A program made the position numbers and the translations under genes. Below, one piece after another: positions 61,826 through 64,000 of a DNA stretch of 64,000 bases (position 1 is the first letter of the stretch; each line of letters opens with the position of its first letter). The DNA is from Azolla caroliniana (lineage: Eukaryota; Plantae; Polypodiophyta). Under the pieces are notes generated by a model. It ran no database searches and had not been told where the DNA came from. It saw only the letters and a program-made list of their open reading frames with translations. The DNA is taken from the NCBI GenBank assembly GCA_043228905.1, contig JBHGNT010000004.1:11098001-11162000 (forward strand), read 5' to 3'.

Positions 61826-64000
61826 AGTTATGAAGGAAATACTGTACAATGCTACTCAAACGCAGACGAAGAAGAAATGCCAAATAGGAATTTCACTATT
61901 TCTTCGAGAGAAAACCCTTTACAAAATAGGACTCTTTGATTGTCCCCCCCCCTCCATGACAATAATCCTCCCCTCTTATACTAAATTGATGTCATTACAT
62001 GTAGGCCACATGGCACACACCTAGAGAAGCTTGTGCATGTGCGCGATATAAAGCATGTGGGCCATGTGGCACACATGTAGAGAAACTTTGCATGTGCGTT
62101 CTTTGAGTCTAGAATGTAAATCAACTCCAATGAGTCGAATCAGGTGGATCTCCAAGGAGTGTTGGGTCACCGAACCAAGTCGAGATGCGTGGTTGTAGTT
62201 GAGGCAAGTGTGGAATCGTGGTGGCACCAATCGGTCGTATCCCTTTATGACATGCACCCCCTCCTAATATGCACATCCTCCGGTATGTGCCAAGTGGAGA
62301 AAATTCAACCAAAGTCTTCTTTCCTTTTCTTTGAACATTTGATGCATGCCAATCATCTTCATTCAATTTCGGAATCGACATGAGAGACATCTTCTCCCCT
62401 TCAAACTTCTCGTTTACTTTCTCTCCTAGACGAGTATCATGTGATGAAACTATCGTTACCGCTTCTAATTGGATACTTGTAGTTGCCACGTCATGGACCA
62501 TCTCTTCTTCAACATCTTCTTCCCAATTCGAATTAGCTTCCACGGATCGTTCATCTTGCAAAATGTCAGGAACAAGAGAGACTCTTTGTTTAAAGAGTTT
62601 AATTCGTTTACCAGTAATCGGAATTCGAAGAAGAGTTCCATCAAATTTTGACAAGATATATGTTCCATTTTGCCGGACTTCTACCACTCGATACGGCCCA
62701 AACCATCAATGATAGAATTTTCGAATAGATTTGTGTTGATGCTCAAGGTTACTATCAAACACCAAAACCCAATCTCCTTTTTCAATGGGAATTGTTGTAC
62801 ATTTTAGGGTTAGGGTTAATGGTAGTGATGGTGATCGATGATGAAGATATACATGGTGTAATAATGAAGATGATGGAGAGTATGATGGTGAGAGAGATCA
62901 TGAAGATGCAAGACAAGCATTGCGAAGCATTGTGGGGTGGGGGGTGGTGCCTAGAATGGCTCCACCCCCCTCCCAAGGGGGTTCAACGTTAAGGGGGAGG
63001 GAAGAGAGAGAGAAATGACAAGAGAGAGATTGAGAGAGAAATGGTTATTGTTTTCATTCATTCCCCATAAGGGGTTAAATAGGTACAAAAGGGTAGATAC
63101 ACAAGGGTGCAAGCCCCTTGGGCATTCACACCTCTTTGTATCCACCACACTCACACTTACATTCACACTCATAATCGTATAAGATTACACATACATTACA
63201 TCTTTCACCCTCACTTATCAATCACCCGTACATCTCGTACGATAACAGGAATATTCCGAATTCGATGTGTCTTGTCAAATAGATCCTTATTCTTCAATCA
63301 AACTTCTTGTTGTTTCCTGGCAGCTTCAGCTATATCCTCTGGCCTATTCTCTAATTGCCAAATCCGAATAGCCAACAAATCTTCACGTTCCATCTGATCT
63401 TCCCAAGGTAAAACTCCCCAAGTGGGAATCATCCGCTCCATAGGCATAATAGGCTTCTGACCAAAAAGTAGTTCCGATGGCATAAATCCCGTAACAGAGT
63501 TGTGAGTGCATCTATCAGCCTAGAGAGCATAAGGAAGCATGTCAGGCCACATAGAAATTCGGCCATCACATGCTTTGACCAAATCTTTCACAATCGGACC
63601 ATGGCCCCTTTCCACTTTACCATTTCCCTTCGGATTATATGCAGTAGTCAAAGTCAATTGGATCCTGAATCTTTGGAAGAACATTCGAGCCTCATTTGAA
63701 TCAAGCTCCCCTCGATCTGTTACAATCTGCCCAACATTACCATATCTACAAATTACATCCTCTAATAAAACCTTTAGAACGGCCGATGCAGAATTGTTTC
63801 GGAGAGGTCTTCCTTCCACTTGGTTGGACAAATCCTCTCGAGCAAGAACCAAGTATTTCATTTGATTTCGACCAGAGGGCATATGAACTATATCCACCAT
63901 CCACTTATAATGCAACACAGGTGAGTACGTAGGATGTACCTCATCTCTCACCCTATAATCAAAATACATTTGACATTCAATGCATGATTCCACATACCTT
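61826..64000 (-). mobile_element. 3' part of a Ty3/gypsy element (integrase, GPY, possible short 3' LTR)
   Basis: INT 63520-63993 (CxxC, VDIVHMP, LAREDL, TDRGE, VERGH), WFGPY at ~62700; PPT-like 61962-61976 next to a candidate LTR 61826-61961 ending CATGACA. Confidence 0.8.
62793..63247. mobile_element. Solo LTR inserted in the integrase
   Basis: TGTTG...TAACA, TSD GGAAT (62788-62792/63248-63252). Confidence 0.9.

Overview
Repeat-rich land-plant nuclear DNA (non-seed plant such as a fern is my inference, not proven). Two host genes: an 8-exon LpxK (lipid A 4'-kinase, 499-9489, +) with a full-length Ty1/copia element in intron 3, and an MKP1-like dual-specificity MAP-kinase phosphatase (54066-55664, -). 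Between them is a 40-kb nest of LTR retrotransposons that TSDs resolve into seven minus-strand layers. The innermost is an apparently intact chromovirus with identical LTRs (33177-38836). It shows a -1 frameshift signal and a Tf1-type self-priming PBS linked to a palindrome at the predicted transcription start. It also carries a tRNA-derived A-box/B-box (Pol III promoter-like) module folded into a long hairpin at the U3 tip of each LTR. The same module is in a solo LTR of this family, and a differently sequenced version is in a solo LTR of a second family. Also present: a non-autonomous hAT-like element, several solo LTRs, a LINE fragment, local tandem duplications, a ~116-bp tandem array and microsatellites. 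All alignments and folds were done by eye.
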